Below, piece by piece: positions 38,310-52,502 of a stretch of 64,000 nucleotides of DNA. This DNA comes from Eledone cirrhosa (Eukaryota): positions 10,354,001-10,418,000 of the forward strand of contig OZ024742.1 of assembly GCA_964016885.1 (NCBI GenBank), written 5' to 3'. Within the stretch, counting starts at the first letter, position 1. Each line of letters opens with the position of its first letter. The position numbers and the translations under genes were made by a program. The notes beneath the pieces are model-generated. The model had not been told where the DNA came from. It worked only from the letters and a program-made list of their open reading frames with translations, and did not search any database.

Positions 38310-38659
38310 TCACTCACTCGGTTTTTGAATTTGTTTTGCAAGATTCCTTACCTCAAAACTTGTGTTAAAACAGATATTGTTATACTTTGGGAGGGTCATG
38401 CTGCCAATAAAAACACACGCACCTGTTGGTTTTCACTTCAATTTATTATAAATTTCCGGTTGATTGGTTGGTTCAATAACCAGATGGTTATTTATATATT
38501 GTCAAAGCTCTATTGTCACACATTCTGTAACCTCCTCGGTGAAGGATTTCTTCTTTTGTTGTTCCTTTGTCCTGTCCAACACCATCTTACAAGATGAATT
38601 GAAAACCAACTGACGCGTGTGTTTCTATTGGCAGCATGACCCCACCCCAACGTATAACA

Positions 38660-38665
<6 letters not shown>
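38310..38665. mobile_element. Diverged copy of the 3580-4128 fold-back family
   Basis: Shared ATATTGTTATACTTTGGGAGGGTCATG and decayed hammerhead GTCAAAGCTCTATTGTCACACATTCTGTAACCTCCTCGGTGA; short right arm. Confidence 0.7.
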
Positions 38666-38699
<34 letters not shown>

Positions 38700-38838
38700 G
38701 GGGAGAGTCTGACGGTTGAGATAAAAGAGTACTCAATATCGAAGTAGGGTTATAATATTTATTTTATTGCGGCTAAATAGTGAGTCTTGTTAATCTGGGG
38801 TAACAAGACTCACTATTTAGCCATAATGAAATAATATA
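38700..38838. mobile_element. Short fold-back element with left tail, in (TA)n
   Basis: GGCTAAATAGTGAGTCTTGTTA..TAACAAGACTCACTATTTAGCC; tail (minus) ACCCTAC-TTCG-ATATTGAGTAC. Confidence 0.6.
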
Positions 38839-38842
38839 TATA

Positions 38843-39245
38843 TATATTAATAAAAGGAATTCCAACTTTGTCTGATTTACTCGTTTTATTTACAATCCTT
38901 TAAAATTATAATGATATAATGAAATAGTATGATAGAATATTAAATGTTAATTGGACAAGTAATTTCATGCTTTCGCAATCTTCAGCTTCATATTCAGTGG
39001 TGACAGTCAAGTTTGGAGTTTTCAACAGTTGAAAACTCCAAACTTGACTGTCACCACTGAATATGAAGCTGAAGATTGCGAAAGCATGAAATTACTTGTC
39101 CAATTAACATTTAATATTCTATCATACTATTTCATTATATCATTATACTTTTAAAGGATTGTAAATAAAACGAGTAAATCAGACAAAGTTGGAATTCCTT
39201 TTATTAATATAATCTTCTATACACAATCATACACACCCGTGTATA
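38843..39245. mobile_element. Near-perfect 369-bp palindrome (184-bp arms, 1-nt spacer at 39027) plus ~30-nt tail, in (TA)n
   Basis: Arms differ at only one position that I can see; each contains AAG-CTGAAGA-TTGC(GAAA)GCAT-GAAATTA-CTT. Confidence 0.75.
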
Positions 39246-39711
39246 TTTATTTATATATATATATATGGTTTCCACCTTCTTATGGTTGCGCTGATAACCT
39301 TGTTAAAACTTAATTGACCTTGAAGAGATGATATCAGCGATATTAAGCGGAGAGTCCTGTAGTTTTATGGTAGGTACTCATCGCGTAAGGTTTCCTCAAG
39401 CTCCATAGTCATTTATATATGTGTACGTATTGAACAGGGAAAAATGAAACTAAAGTCGAAGATAGGTTGTTTTATTTTCATTGTTCAATACACGCACGTG
39501 TATATATATATATATATATATATAATTACTGTGCTCACACATGGAAATTAATGAAAACAAAACCTGCGATAATCCGGCTTCCGTGATGAAATTTCCAGTC
39601 AGTATAACTCTTAGGATCAAGTCAGCTTTAGTTAGAGCTGCTTAACGGATCAAGGCAGAGTCAACGAAGAATTTTTTTCTTTTATTAGCCAGCTTTAATC
39701 AGCTGTTCTTT

Positions 39712-40190
39712 GTGGGTCAAGATAGCTCTTGTCATTGAAGCTTTTTGTATCACGTCAGCTGTAGTTAGGGGTGGTTAAATCAGCTGTAGGTAGCCACCGT
39801 TAGCGGATCAAGACAGCTCTTGTCATTGAAGCCTTTTGTATCACGTCAGCTGTAGGTAGGGGTGGTTAAGTCAGCTGTAGGTAGCCACCGTTAGCGGATC
39901 AAGACAGTTCTTGTTATTGAAGCCTTTGGGATCAAGTCAGCTGTAGGTAGGGGTTGTTAAGTCAGCTGTAGGTAGCCACCGTTAGCGGATCAAGACGGTT
40001 CTTGTTATTGAAGCCTTTGGGATCAAGTCAGCTGTAGGTAGGGGTTGTTAAGTCAGCTGTAGGTAGCCACCGTTAGCGGATCAAGACAGTTCTTGTTATT
40101 GAAGCCTTTGGGATCAAGTCATTTGTAGGTAGAGGTTGTTTTGGATGAGGGCACCTCTAGTAAATGAGACCTTTTGGATCAAGTCAGCTT
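39712..40190. repeat. Minisatellite, ~91-bp unit, four good copies with degenerate ends
   Basis: GGATCAAGACAGTTCTTGTTATTGAAGCCTTT...GTCAGCTGTAGGTAGCCACCGTTAGC. Confidence 0.9.
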
Positions 40191-40304
40191 TTATTGGTGG
40201 TTTCTTTATGGATCAAGGAAGCTTTAGTCAAAGAATTCTTTCGAATCAGTTCACTTATATATGTTGGTGTGCAGGGGGGGGGGGGCTATATATGTAAGTG
40301 TGTG

Positions 40305-40347
<43 letters not shown>

Positions 40348-40818
40348 CTGTCTGTCTGTCTGTGTGGGTATATATGTATGTGTGTATATATATCATACAT
40401 ACATTTGTATACACGTGTATGTATATACATGCGTGTGTAGAAATATGTTCCTAAGTATTATACGTGTGTGAAACTGTTTATGTTCGTATATATGCTCGAA
40501 TTTGTGTTTCATGGAATATTTGAAGAGAAAAAAAAATTACCAGTTTGTTCTCACGAAATTTTACCGTATATTTATATATGCTTTAAAAGAAAAATCACAA
40601 CTGGTTTTTGTATTCTGTGATTAGATCTGTCTTTGGAAAGATTCCTGCTAAAAATGGACATTTACTTTTTTTTAATATACATTAAAATAAAATTCTCAGG
40701 AACACATATATGTAAAAATCACACTGATATCGATTGATACAGGAGGGAATCAAGAAAAAATACTGCTTCACACTAACATTTGAATGTGTGTCTGTCTGTG
40801 GATGTTTGTGTGTGTATG

Positions 40819-40875
<57 letters not shown>

Positions 40876-41302
40876 GTATCGAGAGAGAGACTGCGGTACT
40901 GAGACCGGGGAGACAACAAATCATGGGAGTACTCAATACATGATGAAATAGAATGAGAGGGTTACTAATCCGACCGTGATGCCAAGTGGTTTCGGCTTGT
41001 GACTCCCTTAGAAAGGCTTGGCGTTGCAGTTGGCTTCATACCCTGCTTCTATATATATATAATGTTGACATCAACCTAATTACCTTTGAGGGAAATAGGG
41101 TAGATATTGAATGGATTGATGGTGTCATTGAAATATCTAGCCTTGTCCCACAATATCATATCTAATCTATACCATGTCGGCCTTCATGGAGCAAAGATGT
41201 GACCAGCCGTATTCCAACATCGACAATTCTGTCTGAAATTACAACATAAAACAATTTATAGACGCCACACAAACCTTGAAAGATAATACAACACTTCTTA
41301 TG

Positions 41303-44300
41303 TAAACAGTGACAGCACACCTCTGGCCCTCAGCTGTCTGTTAGTCAGTGTCACCTTTCTAAACAGTGACAGCACACCTCTGGCCCTCAACTCTCTGTTA
41401 GACAGTGTCACCTTTCTAAACAGTGACAGCACACCTCTGGCCCTCAACTGTCTGTTAGTCAGTGTCACCTTTCTAAACAGTGACAGCACACCTCTGGCCC
41501 TCAACTGTCTGTTAGTCAGTGTCACCTTTCTAAACAGTGACAGCACACCTCTGGCCCTCAACTGTCTGTTAGTCAGTGTCACCTTTCTAAACAGTGACAG
41601 CACACCTCTGGCCCTCAACTGTCATTAGTCAGTGTCACCTTTCTAAACAGTGACAGCACACCTCTGGCCCTCAACTGTCTGTTAGTCAGTGTCACCTTTC
41701 TAAACAGTGACAGCAGACCTCTGGCCCTCAACTGTCTGTTAGTCAGTGTCACCTTTCTAAACAGTGACAGCACACCTCTGGCCCTCAACTGTCATTAGTC
41801 AGTGTTACCTTTCTAAACAGTGACAGCACACCTCTGGCCCTCAACTGTCTGTTAGTCAGTGTCACCTTTCTAAACAGTGACAGCACACCTCTGGCCCTCA
41901 ACTGTCATTAGTCAGTGTTACCTTTCTAAACAGTGACAGCACACCTCTGGCCATCAACTGTCTGTTAGTCAGTGTCACCTTTCTAAACAGTGACAGCACA
42001 CCTCTGGCCCTCAACTGTCATTAGTTAGTGTCACCTTTCTAAACAGTGACAGCACACCTCTGGCCCTCAACTGTCTGTTAGTCAGTGTCACCTTTCTAAA
42101 CAGTGACAGCAGACCTCTGGCTCTCAACTGTCATTAGTCAGTGTTACCTTTCTAAACAGTGACAGCACACCTCTGGCCCTCAACTGTCTGTTAGTCAGTG
42201 TCACCTTTCTAAACAGTGACAGCACACCTCTGGCCCTCAACTGTCATTAGTCAGTGTCACCTTTCTAAACAGTGACAGCACACCTCTGGCCCTCAACTGT
42301 CATTAGTCAGTGTCACCTTTCTAAACAGTGACAGCACACCTCTGGCCCTCAACTGTCATTAGTCAGTGTCACCTTTCTAAACAGTGACAGCACACCTCTG
42401 GCCCTCAACTGTCTGTTAGTCAGTGTCACCTATCTAAACAGTGACAGCACACCTCTGGCCCTCAACTGTCATTAGTCAGTGTCACCTTTCTAAACAGTAA
42501 CAGCACACCTCTGGCCCTCAACTGTCTGTTAGTCAGTGTCACCTTTCTAAACAGTGACAGCAGACCTCTGGCCCTCAACTGTCATTAGTCAGTGTTACCT
42601 TTCTAAACAGTGACAGCACACCTCTGGCCCTCAACTGTCTGTTAGTCAGTGTCACCTTTCTAAACAGTGACAGCACACCTCTGGCCCTCAACTGTCATTA
42701 GTCAGTGTCACCTTTCTAAACAGTGACAGCACACCTCTGGCCCTCAACTGTCATTAGTCAGTGTCACCTTTCTAAACAGTGACAGCACACCTCTGGTCCT
42801 CAACTGTCATTAGTCAGTGTCACCTTTCTAAACAGTGACAGCACACCTCTGGCCCTCAACTGTCTGTTAGTCAGTGTCACCTTTCTAAACAGTGACAGCA
42901 CACCTCTGGCCCTCAACTGTCATTAGTCAGTGTCACCTTTCTAAACAGTGACAGCACACCTCTGGCCCTCAACTGTCTGTTAGTCAGTGTCACCTTTCTA
43001 AACAGTGACAGCAGACCTCTGGCCCTCAACTGTCATTAGTCAGTGTTACCTTTCTAAACAGTGACAGCACACCTCTGGCCCTCAACTGTCTGTTAGTCAG
43101 TGTCACCTTTCTAAACAGTGACAGCACACCTCTGGCCCTCAACTGTCTGTTAGTCAGTGTCACCTTTCTAAACAGTGACAGCAGACCTCTGGCCCTCAAC
43201 TGTCATTAGTCAGTGTTACCTTTCTAAACAGTGACAGCACACCTCTGGCCCTCAACTGTCTGTTAGTCAGTGTCACCTTTCTAAACAGTGACAGCACACC
43301 TCTGGCCCTCAACTGTCATTAGTCAGTGTCACCTTTCTAAACAGTGACAGCACACCTCTGGCCCTCAACTGTCATTAGTCAGTGTCACCTTTCTAAACAG
43401 TGACAGCACACCTCTGGCCCTCAACTGTCATTAGTCAGTGTCACCTTTCTAAACAGTGACAGCACACCTCTGGCCCTCAACTGTCTGTTAGTCAGTGTCA
43501 CCTTTCTAAACAGTGACAGCACACCTCTGGCCCTCAACTGTCATTAGTCAGTGTCACCTTTCTAAACAGTGACAGCACACCTCTGGCCCTCAACTGTCAT
43601 TAGTCATTGTCACCTTTCTAAACAGTGACAGCACACCTCTGGCTCTCAGCTGTCTGTTAGTCAGTGTCACCTTTCTAAACAGTGACAGCACACCTCTGGC
43701 CCTCAACTGTCATTAGTCAGTGTCACCTTTCTAAACAGTGACAGCACACCTCTGGCCCTCAACTGTCATTAGTCAGTGTCACCTTTCTAAACAGTGACAG
43801 CACACCTCTGGCCCTCAACTGTCATTAGTCAGTGTCACCTTTCTAAACAGTGACAGCACACCTCTGGCCCTCAGCTGTCTGTTAGTCAGTGTCACCTTTC
43901 TAAACAGTGACAGCACACCTCTGGCCCTCAACTGTCATTAGTCAGTGTCACCTTTCTAAACAGTGACAGCACACCTCTGGCCCTCAGCTGTCTGTTAGTC
44001 AGTGTCACCTTTCTAAACAGTGACAGCACACCTCTGGCCCTCAACTGTCATTAGTCAGTGTCACCTTTCTAAACAGTGACAGCACACCTCTGGCCCTCAA
44101 CTGTCTGTTAGTCAGTGTCACCTTTCTAAACAGTGACAGCACACCTCTGGCCCTCAACTGTCATTAGTCAGTGTCACCTTTCTAAACAGTGACAGCACAC
44201 CTCTGGCCCTCAACTGTCTGTTAGTCAGTGTCACCTTTCTAAACAGTGACAGCAGACCTCTGGCCCTCAACTGTCTGTTAGTCAGTGTCACCTTTCTAAA

Positions 44301-46385
44301 CAGTGACAGCACACCTCTGGCCCTCAACTGTCATTAGTCAGTGTTACCTTTCTAAACAGTGACAGCACACCTCTGGCCCTCAACTGTCTGTTAGTCAGTG
44401 TCACCTTTCTAAACAGTGACAGCACACCTCTGGCCCTCAACTGTCATTAGTCAGTGTTACCTTTCTAAACAGTGACAGCACACCTCTGGCCCTCAACTGT
44501 CTGTTAGTCAGTGTCACCTTTCTAAACAGTGACAGCACACGTCTGGCCCTCAACTCTCTGTTAGACAGTGTCACCTTTCTAAACAGTGACAGCACACCTC
44601 TGGCCCTCAACTGTCATTAGTCAGTGTTACCTTTCTAAACAGTGACAGCACACCTCTGGCCCTCAACTGTCATTAGTCAGTGTCACCTTTCTAAACTGTG
44701 ACAGTACACCTCTGGCCCTCAACTCTCTGTTAGTCAGTGTCACCTTTCTAAACAGTGACAGCACACCTCTGGCCCTCAACTGTCATTAGTCAGTGTCACC
44801 TTTCTAAACTGTGACAGTACACCTCTGGCCCTCAACTCTCTGTTAGTCAGTGTCACCTTTCTAAACAGTGACAGCACACCTCTGGCCCTCAACTCTGTTA
44901 GTCAGTGTCACCTTTCTAAGCAGTGACAGCACACCTCTGGCCCTCAACTCTGTTAGTCAGTGTCACCTTTCTAAACAGTGACAGCACACCTCTGGCCCTC
45001 AACTGTCTGTTAGTCAGTGTTCCCTTTCTAAACTGTGACAGCACACCTCTGGCCCTCAACTGTCTGTTAGTCAGTGTCACCTTTCTAAACAGTGACAGCA
45101 CACCTCTGGCCCTCAACTGTCTGTTAGACAGTGTCACCTTTCTAAACAGTGACAGCACACCTCTGGCCCTCAACTGTCATTAGTCAGTGTTACCTTTCTA
45201 AACAGTGACAGCACACCTCTGGCCCTCAACTGTCTGTTAGTCAGCGTCACCTTTCTAAACAGTGACAGCACACCTCTGGCCCTCAACTGTCTGTTAGTCA
45301 GCGTCACCTTTCTAAACAGTGACAGCACACATCTGGCCCTCAACTGTCTGTTAGTCAGTGTCACCTTTCTAAACAGTGACAGCACACCTCTGGCCCTCAA
45401 CTGTCTGTTAGTCAGTGTCCCCTTTCTAAACTGTGACAGCACACCTCTGGCCCTCAACTGTCTGTTAGTCAGTGTCACCTTTCTAAACAGTGACAGCCCA
45501 CCTCTGGCCCTCAACTCTCTGTTAGTCAGTGTCACCTTTCTAAACAGTGACAGCACACCTCTGGCCCTCAACTCTGTTAGTCAGTGTCACCTTTCTAAAC
45601 AGTGACAGCACACCTCTGGCCCTCAACTGTCTGTTAGTCAGTGTCACCTTTCTAAACAGTGACAGCACACCTCTGGCCCTCAACTCTGTTAGTCAGTGTT
45701 ACCTTTCTAAACAGTGACAGCACACCTCTGGCCCTCAACTGTCTGTTAGTCAGTGTCACCTTTCTAAACAGTGACAGCACACCTCTGGCCATCAGCTGTC
45801 TGTTAGTCAGTGTCACCTTTCTAAACAGTGACAGCACACCTCTGGCCCTCAACTGTCTGTTAGTCAGTGTCACCTTTCTAAACAGTGACAGCACACCTCT
45901 GGCCCTCAACTCTCTGTTAGTCAGTGTCACCTTTCTAAACTGTGACAGCACACCTCTGGCCATCAGCTGTCTGTTAGTCAGTGTCACCTTTCTAAACAGT
46001 GACAGCACACCTCTGGCCCTCAACTCTCTGTTAGACAGTGTCACCTTTCTAAACAGTGACAGCACACCTCTGGCCCTCAACTGTCAATAGTCAGTGTCAC
46101 CTTTCTAAACAGTGACAGCACACCTCTGGCCCTCAACTGTCATTAGTCAGTGTCACCTTTCTAAACTGTGACAGCACACCTCTGGCCCTCAACTCTCTGT
46201 TAGTCAGTGTCACCTTTCTAAACAGTGACAGCACACCTCTGGCCCTCAACTGTCTGTTAGTCAGTGTCACCTTTCTAAACAGTGACAGCACACCTCTGGC
46301 CCTCAACTCTCTGTTAGTCAGTGTCACCTTTCTAAACAGTGACAGCACACCTCTGGCCCTCAACTCTCTGTTAGTCAGTTTCACC
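41303..46385. repeat. Satellite with 57-bp unit (56- and 55-bp variants), about 90 copies
   Basis: TAAACAGTGACAGCACACCTCTGGCCCTCAACTGTC(TG/A)TTAGTCAGTGTCACCTTTC; gives the 19-aa periodic ORFs. Confidence 0.97.
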
Positions 46386-47039
46386 CAGTCCGTTTCTGTT
46401 CATGACATTATCACAGAGGTAAGACCATTTCAGTCGCTGCTTAGAAAACCTGGATTTAAGGATCACCTTCAGGGCTTCCGTATTTCTAGATTGTAATGAT
46501 TATGTAATGGCGTTGATGTTGTTTTCATGATGAAACTGATGATGATGATTGTATGATTGATAATACTGTATTGATTATGTGATTGATCAGTTAATGGTGG
46601 TTGTTGTTGTGGTGGTAGTAGTAGTGGTGTTGTGATAGTAGTGGTAGAGGTGGATGTAGTGGTGGTGTTATGGCGGTGGTATTTAGTGGTAGATGTAGTA
46701 GTGGTGGTAGTAGTGGTAGTAAAGATAGTGATGGTGGTGAAGATAAAGGTTTTGCTAATGATGATCATTGCCATGATGGTGGGGGTGGTGGTAGTCAGGA
46801 TGATGGTGGTGGTGGGATGGTGATAATGAGGGTGGTGGTAGGGATAAAGGTTTTACTAATGATGGTGGTGGTAGAGGTGGTGATTATGATGGTGGTGGTG
46901 GAGGTGGTGATGAGAATGCTGCAACTTGTGTGCACGCTGCTGCTGCAGTTTATATATTTGCAGGCAACAGAGCAACACCAAATATATGGCTCTTCTTTCT
47001 TCTGTACTCCTCCCTGCTCTTCCTCCTTCTTTACTCCCA

Positions 47040-47245
47040 CCCCCGCTCTCCTCTACTCCCACCCCGTCTCTCTACTCCCTACCCCGCTCTTCCCCCTTCT
47101 CTCCTCTACTCCCTACCCCGCTCTTCCCCCTTCTCTCCTCTACTCCCTACCCCGCTCTTCCCCCTTCTCTCCTCTACTCCCTACCCCGCTCTTCCCCCTT
47201 CTCTCCTCTACTTCCTACCCCGCTCTTCCTCCTCTCCTCTACTCC
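47040..47245. repeat. 34-bp pyrimidine-rich minisatellite
   Basis: CTCCTCTACTCCCTACCCCGCTCTTCCCCCTTCT repeated. Confidence 0.88.
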
Positions 47246-48151
47246 CCTCTTATCTTCTTTTCTGTTCCTCTCCATCTTCCCTCTCACCACCGCCACCGCC
47301 GCCACCAACACCACCACCACCACCGCCGCCACCGCCGCCGCCGCCACCATTAACATCAATTGTCATATCGCAGCATGTGATTCTTCAACACACACATACA
47401 TGTAGTCACACACACACACACACACACATATTACAGTTATATACACACATATGTATATCACAACACACACACACATACATCAGACATACACATACATGTA
47501 TATCACAACACACACATACATACATACATGACAGACATACACATATATGTACAGTCACACACACATATTACAGTTATATACATACACACATATTACATAT
47601 ATATATATCATAACACATATATACATGCATCAGTTACACACACACACACACACATATATATATATCACATAGTTACACATACACACACATATATATAGAT
47701 ATATATATACCACATTCACACATACATCAGTCTCACACGCACTCATACATACACACATATATATATATATATACATATATACATATATATATACATACAT
47801 ATACATACATACATACATATATATATACATACATATATATATACATACATATATATATACATACATATATATATACATACATAGATATATACATACATAT
47901 ATATATACATACATATATATATACATACATATATATATACATACATATATATAGATACATATATATAGATACATACATATATATATATATATATACACAC
48001 ATACATATATATATATACATACATATATATATACATACATATACATACATACACATATATATACACACACATATATATATATATATATACATACATATAT
48101 ATATATACATACATATACATACACACATATATATGTATATATATATATACA

Positions 48152-48369
48152 AATGTGGCCGTGTAGGTAACACGGTAAAAACCTCCCAGCCCCACACTGT
48201 AAATGTGGTTGGTGTTAGGAAGGGCATCCAACTGTAGAAAACCCGCCAGACAGTCCTATGCGAGCAAGACAACCACTCTTGCCTCAAGTGGGACAACTCC
48301 CGTCCAAACCCATGCAAACGTGGAATATGGACGTTAAACGATGATGATGATGATGATGATGATGATGAT
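48152..48369 (+). mobile_element. RTE LINE 3' UTR fragment with (GAT)n tail
   Basis: Reverse complement of 51436-51634, the 3' UTR of the RTE fragment. Confidence 0.82.
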
Positions 48370-48439
48370 ACACCCTTACATATATACACACATACATACA
48401 CATATATATATATATATATATACATACACATATATATAC

Positions 48440-48520
<81 letters not shown>

Positions 48521-48601
48521 CACATATACACACACACACATATATATATATACATATACATACACATACATATATATATACATACATATATATATACATA
48601 C

Positions 48602-48636
<35 letters not shown>

Positions 48637-48688
48637 AGGAAGGGCATCCAGCTGTAGAAATCAATATATATATATTTATATATATACA

Positions 48689-48849
48689 TTTAGGAAGGGC
48701 ATCCAGCTGTAGAAATCAAGCCAGATCAGTTCCTGTATGAGCAAGGCATGGTCAGCCGACCAGACACTGCCCACAACAGGACAACCCGTCTAACCCATGC
48801 TAGCGTGGAAGAACGGACGTAAAACGGTGATGATGATGATGATGATGAT
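48689..48849 (+). mobile_element. RTE-type 3' end (LINE or SINE tail) with (GAT)n
   Basis: TTAGGAAGGGCATCCAGCTGTAGAAA...CCCATGCTAGCGTGGAAGAACGGACGTAAAACG(GAT)n; sister copy at 52752-52935. Confidence 0.75.
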
Positions 48850-49707
48850 ATATACATACACATATATACACACACACACATATATACACACTAGCCTCCA
48901 GATACTCCAATTTAACTGTCTAGGTTACTCACATCCATCACATCAATTCATTCATCCATTCACTTAATTCATTCCTTTGTTCATTTCTTTCTTCCTTCAT
49001 TCTTTCCTTGAATCTTCTTCTCTTCCAACACTCGTTTATTTCTTCTCTCATTCCCCATCTCCATCATCAAGTTACTGTTGTTCTGTTATTCCTGCTGCTG
49101 CTGTTCTGTTATTGCTGCTGTTCTATGTTGTTGCTACTGCTGTTGCTGTTCTGTTACTGCTGCTGTTGCCGTTCTGTTACTGCTACTGCGGCCATTCTGT
49201 TACTGCTGCTGCCGCTGTTATGTTACTGCTGCTGTTGTTATGTTACTGCTGTCATAAAAGCTAGGTGAAGGACAGTCATTAGAAATTTATTGTTACCCAT
49301 TTTCATGTCTACATACATGTATGTATGTAGACATGTATGTATGTCTACATACAGACATGTATGTATGTATACATGTATTTATACATACATACATATATGT
49401 ATATATGTATATATTACATACACACACACATATTGTCATCCTTTATATACTTCTGGTAAATTGGTGACAGGAGGACACATCAGCTGTGTCAAAAACTTGA
49501 TAACTATCCTTGAGTTGCTGATCTACACGATAAATGCACCCAGTCCACTCTGTAAAATGATTGGTGATAGAAAGGATATCCAGCCATATAAATTGTCAGA
49601 AGACTCTTCAGCTTTGTCAAAGACATGACAACTTCCTTAGTGTTGGTGCCATGATACAATGTACTTAGTAGAGTGAGGTATCATATGTCATGGCTGCAGC
49701 TTGTTGG

Positions 49708-49868
49708 AGGAATCTGTATAGTACTGGGGGAACAGTACTATACAGGAATCTGTATAGTACTGGGGGAACAGTACTATACAGGAATCTGTATAGTACTGGG
49801 GGAACAGTACTATACAGGAATCTGTATAGTACTGGGGGAACAGTACTATACAGGAATCTGTATAGTAC
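49708..49868. repeat. 36-bp minisatellite x4.5 within a local duplication
   Basis: GGAATCTGTATAGTACTGGGGGAACAGTACTATACA; the flank GTGAGGTATCATATGTCATGGCTGCA occurs at 49673 and 49877. Confidence 0.9.
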
Positions 49869-50746
49869 CTGATAAAGTGAGGTATCATATGTCATGGCTG
49901 CAAGAGGTAGTAGAAAAGGATTACCAAGCAACACTAGTACAATCTGTGAACTTGTGTGCAAATCCTTGGCAGATCTAAAATGTCTTGCTCGATATAAACA
50001 TCCAAACTGGATGAACTGTTTAGGTGGTTCAGATACTCATATGTTAAAATCGACAGTCCATCATATATAGAGAGAAATGCAGTGCTGAGACCAGAGAGAC
50101 CACATATCGTGGGAGTACTCAGTACAAGCCGAAACCGGTTGTCACTGAGGTCAGGATTTCCCCCCCCCCTCTCTCTCTCTCTCAACAGAAGAGCTCAACA
50201 GAGATGACTGAAATTGCTCTTCAGAATCTGATGAGCATAATTAAATAGCTCTGTAACATACATACATAGAGCACTCTCTTCTCCTTTACCCTTCCTTTAT
50301 ACACACACACACACACACACGTATATGAGCATATCTCAAGAAAACTTTCTTGAAGAAGAATATGTAGTTAGCTGCTTGCTATGATATTTGATGTGCTGAA
50401 CTGAAATTAATGTTTAATCAATTGGAAGAGTGAATCTAATGAGAAGAATGTTCATTAGTGCTCATAAAAATAATACTGTCTTACCTGGGGCAAGGTGAGA
50501 CCCCCCACAATTTCAAATTAATTAAAAATTAAATTAATGTTGTGCTGACGAAAGTGGCATGTCTTTTCTTTGGTAACTAGGGAGATAACTTACGATATGT
50601 TTCTGTCTTCTTGAACCTCCTCAGGGAGGTCCACTTATACTAATAAATGTCAAAACAAACATTTCTCACCACAATGATTTTGTAGTTTTATTCTAAGTAA
50701 TATATAAAACACATACACACACACACTCATATATATATATATATAT

Positions 50747-51355
50747 ATGGTGGCTGCCAACTCGTTTTCGAGTACGGTCACTACTTTATATCCATGTAGG
50801 AAAACCCCTATTGATGCGCTGAACGAGTGTGACTTTTTAGTCCAGCCAGCGACTTGAAAACTCTGGTACAAACACTACACCTGTGACAATTATTGACACA
50901 TAGTGCTGAGCCCATGGTACCATGTGACGACAAGTGCAGAGAGATCTCCAGATATAAAGCAATGTCTGTGCCGTGAAGCTTTTATAGTGAGCAAAGGCAC
51001 TGCACAAAGCCAGTCCCACTCTCTTAACAAGATGATATTTACCAAAAAGAAGAACAAGTCAACATCATTGGATACCATCAGGGTTGCAGGTGTTATATCA
51101 GAGTTTTCCTTCTCCTAGAATTCTGCCTTGACAAAGGCTAAGGGGTCATCTCTCCCGGTGATTTTGGATGGCCATTGACTCTTAAGAGCTCCTTTGCCCT
51201 TTGACAGGTTTTGTTTTTAATCCTGCAGGATGTCCAAAGTCACCCTCCTCACCAAGAAACCTTGGTGGGGTTGCCAGTTTAGTCGCCAACGACCCGACCA
51301 TGAGACAGGTTGTACTGGGATACATCTTACCAGTAGCACCAACTGATGACCTGAC
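50747..51355 (-). mobile_element. ~600-bp repeat subfamily A, full-length copy in (TA)n
   Basis: Begins GTCAGGTC and ends GCAGCCACCAT; (TA)n on both sides. Confidence 0.82.
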
Positions 51356-51401
<46 letters not shown>

Positions 51402-51435
51402 GACTTGTACATATGTGTGTATGTATATATATATA

Positions 51436-52502
51436 TCATCATCATCGTTTAACGTCCATGTGCCACGCTTGCATGGGTTTGGACGGGAGTTTTCCCACTT
51501 GAGGCAAGAGTGGTTGTCATTGCTCGCATAGGACTGTCTGGCGGGTTTTCTACAGCTGGATGCCCTTCCTAACACCAACCACATTTACAGTGTGGGGCTG
51601 GGAGGTTTTTACCGTGTTGCCTACACGGCCACATTACAGTGTGGACTGTGTGTTTTTTTGTCGTGACACCTACACGATCTCATTTGTTTCGGCCTGGATG
51701 TTGTGGCACCAACATAACTTTACATTGAAAGGGGCGGTGTGGATGGGGTGGTGGGACGGGGGTGTATTTTGTTAGAGATGCCTACTGACTGTAGTAGGTT
51801 TTACTTTGTATTTAGGTAAGGCGGGTCTTCTCTGTTACTGAGTACCGCCAAAGGTCTCGGTCCAGTGACATTGTCTTGGGGAGGTGTGTGTGACGTCGGA
51901 ATTTATCAGCTCGTCCCAGGTTTTTCTGGGTCTGCCTACTCCGTGGCTACCGTCTATCTTTATTGCCCTGCACTTTGTTATACAGCTGTCGTCTTTCATG
52001 CGCATCACGTGACCATACCAACGTAGCCTTCTCTCGAATAAACAACATCTGATCCCTCTTATTTCTAATTTTTTCCTTAGTTCGTTTATGCTTTGCCGTT
52101 CACGTATATTACTATTACACATCCAGCGGAGCATGCAAGCTTCGTTCCTCTCTAGTCTGCGTATATCCTCTGCATGGTCTCACTGCCATGCAGAGGATAT
52201 GCCGAGGTCTCACTGCCATGCAACATTGCTGTTCGTATGCAGGCATCATACAACCTGCCTTTCATTTTTAGGGAGAACCCTTTAGCAGCTAATAGTGGTA
52301 TAAGCTCTCTGAACTTTTTCCATCCAGTTCTGACTCTAGCTACTGTACTTTCAGAGCACCCTCCCCCACTGCTGATTTTGTCACCTAGGTAACGGAAGCT
52401 GTCCACTACTTCTATAGAACCCTCTGCGCAATTGAAAGAGCTAGTATTTTATGGGCACTTGCTGCTACTTATTGCACCAGAGCACCGGCCACATGTAAAA
52501 TC

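Noticed and set aside
39765-40070. AGCTGTAGG core shared with the 18.5-25.8 kb array
   Set aside because: The match is only about 9-11 bp; chance cannot be excluded.
41298-46384. 19-aa repeat protein ORFs
   Set aside because: A consequence of a 57-bp satellite, broken repeatedly by 56-bp units.
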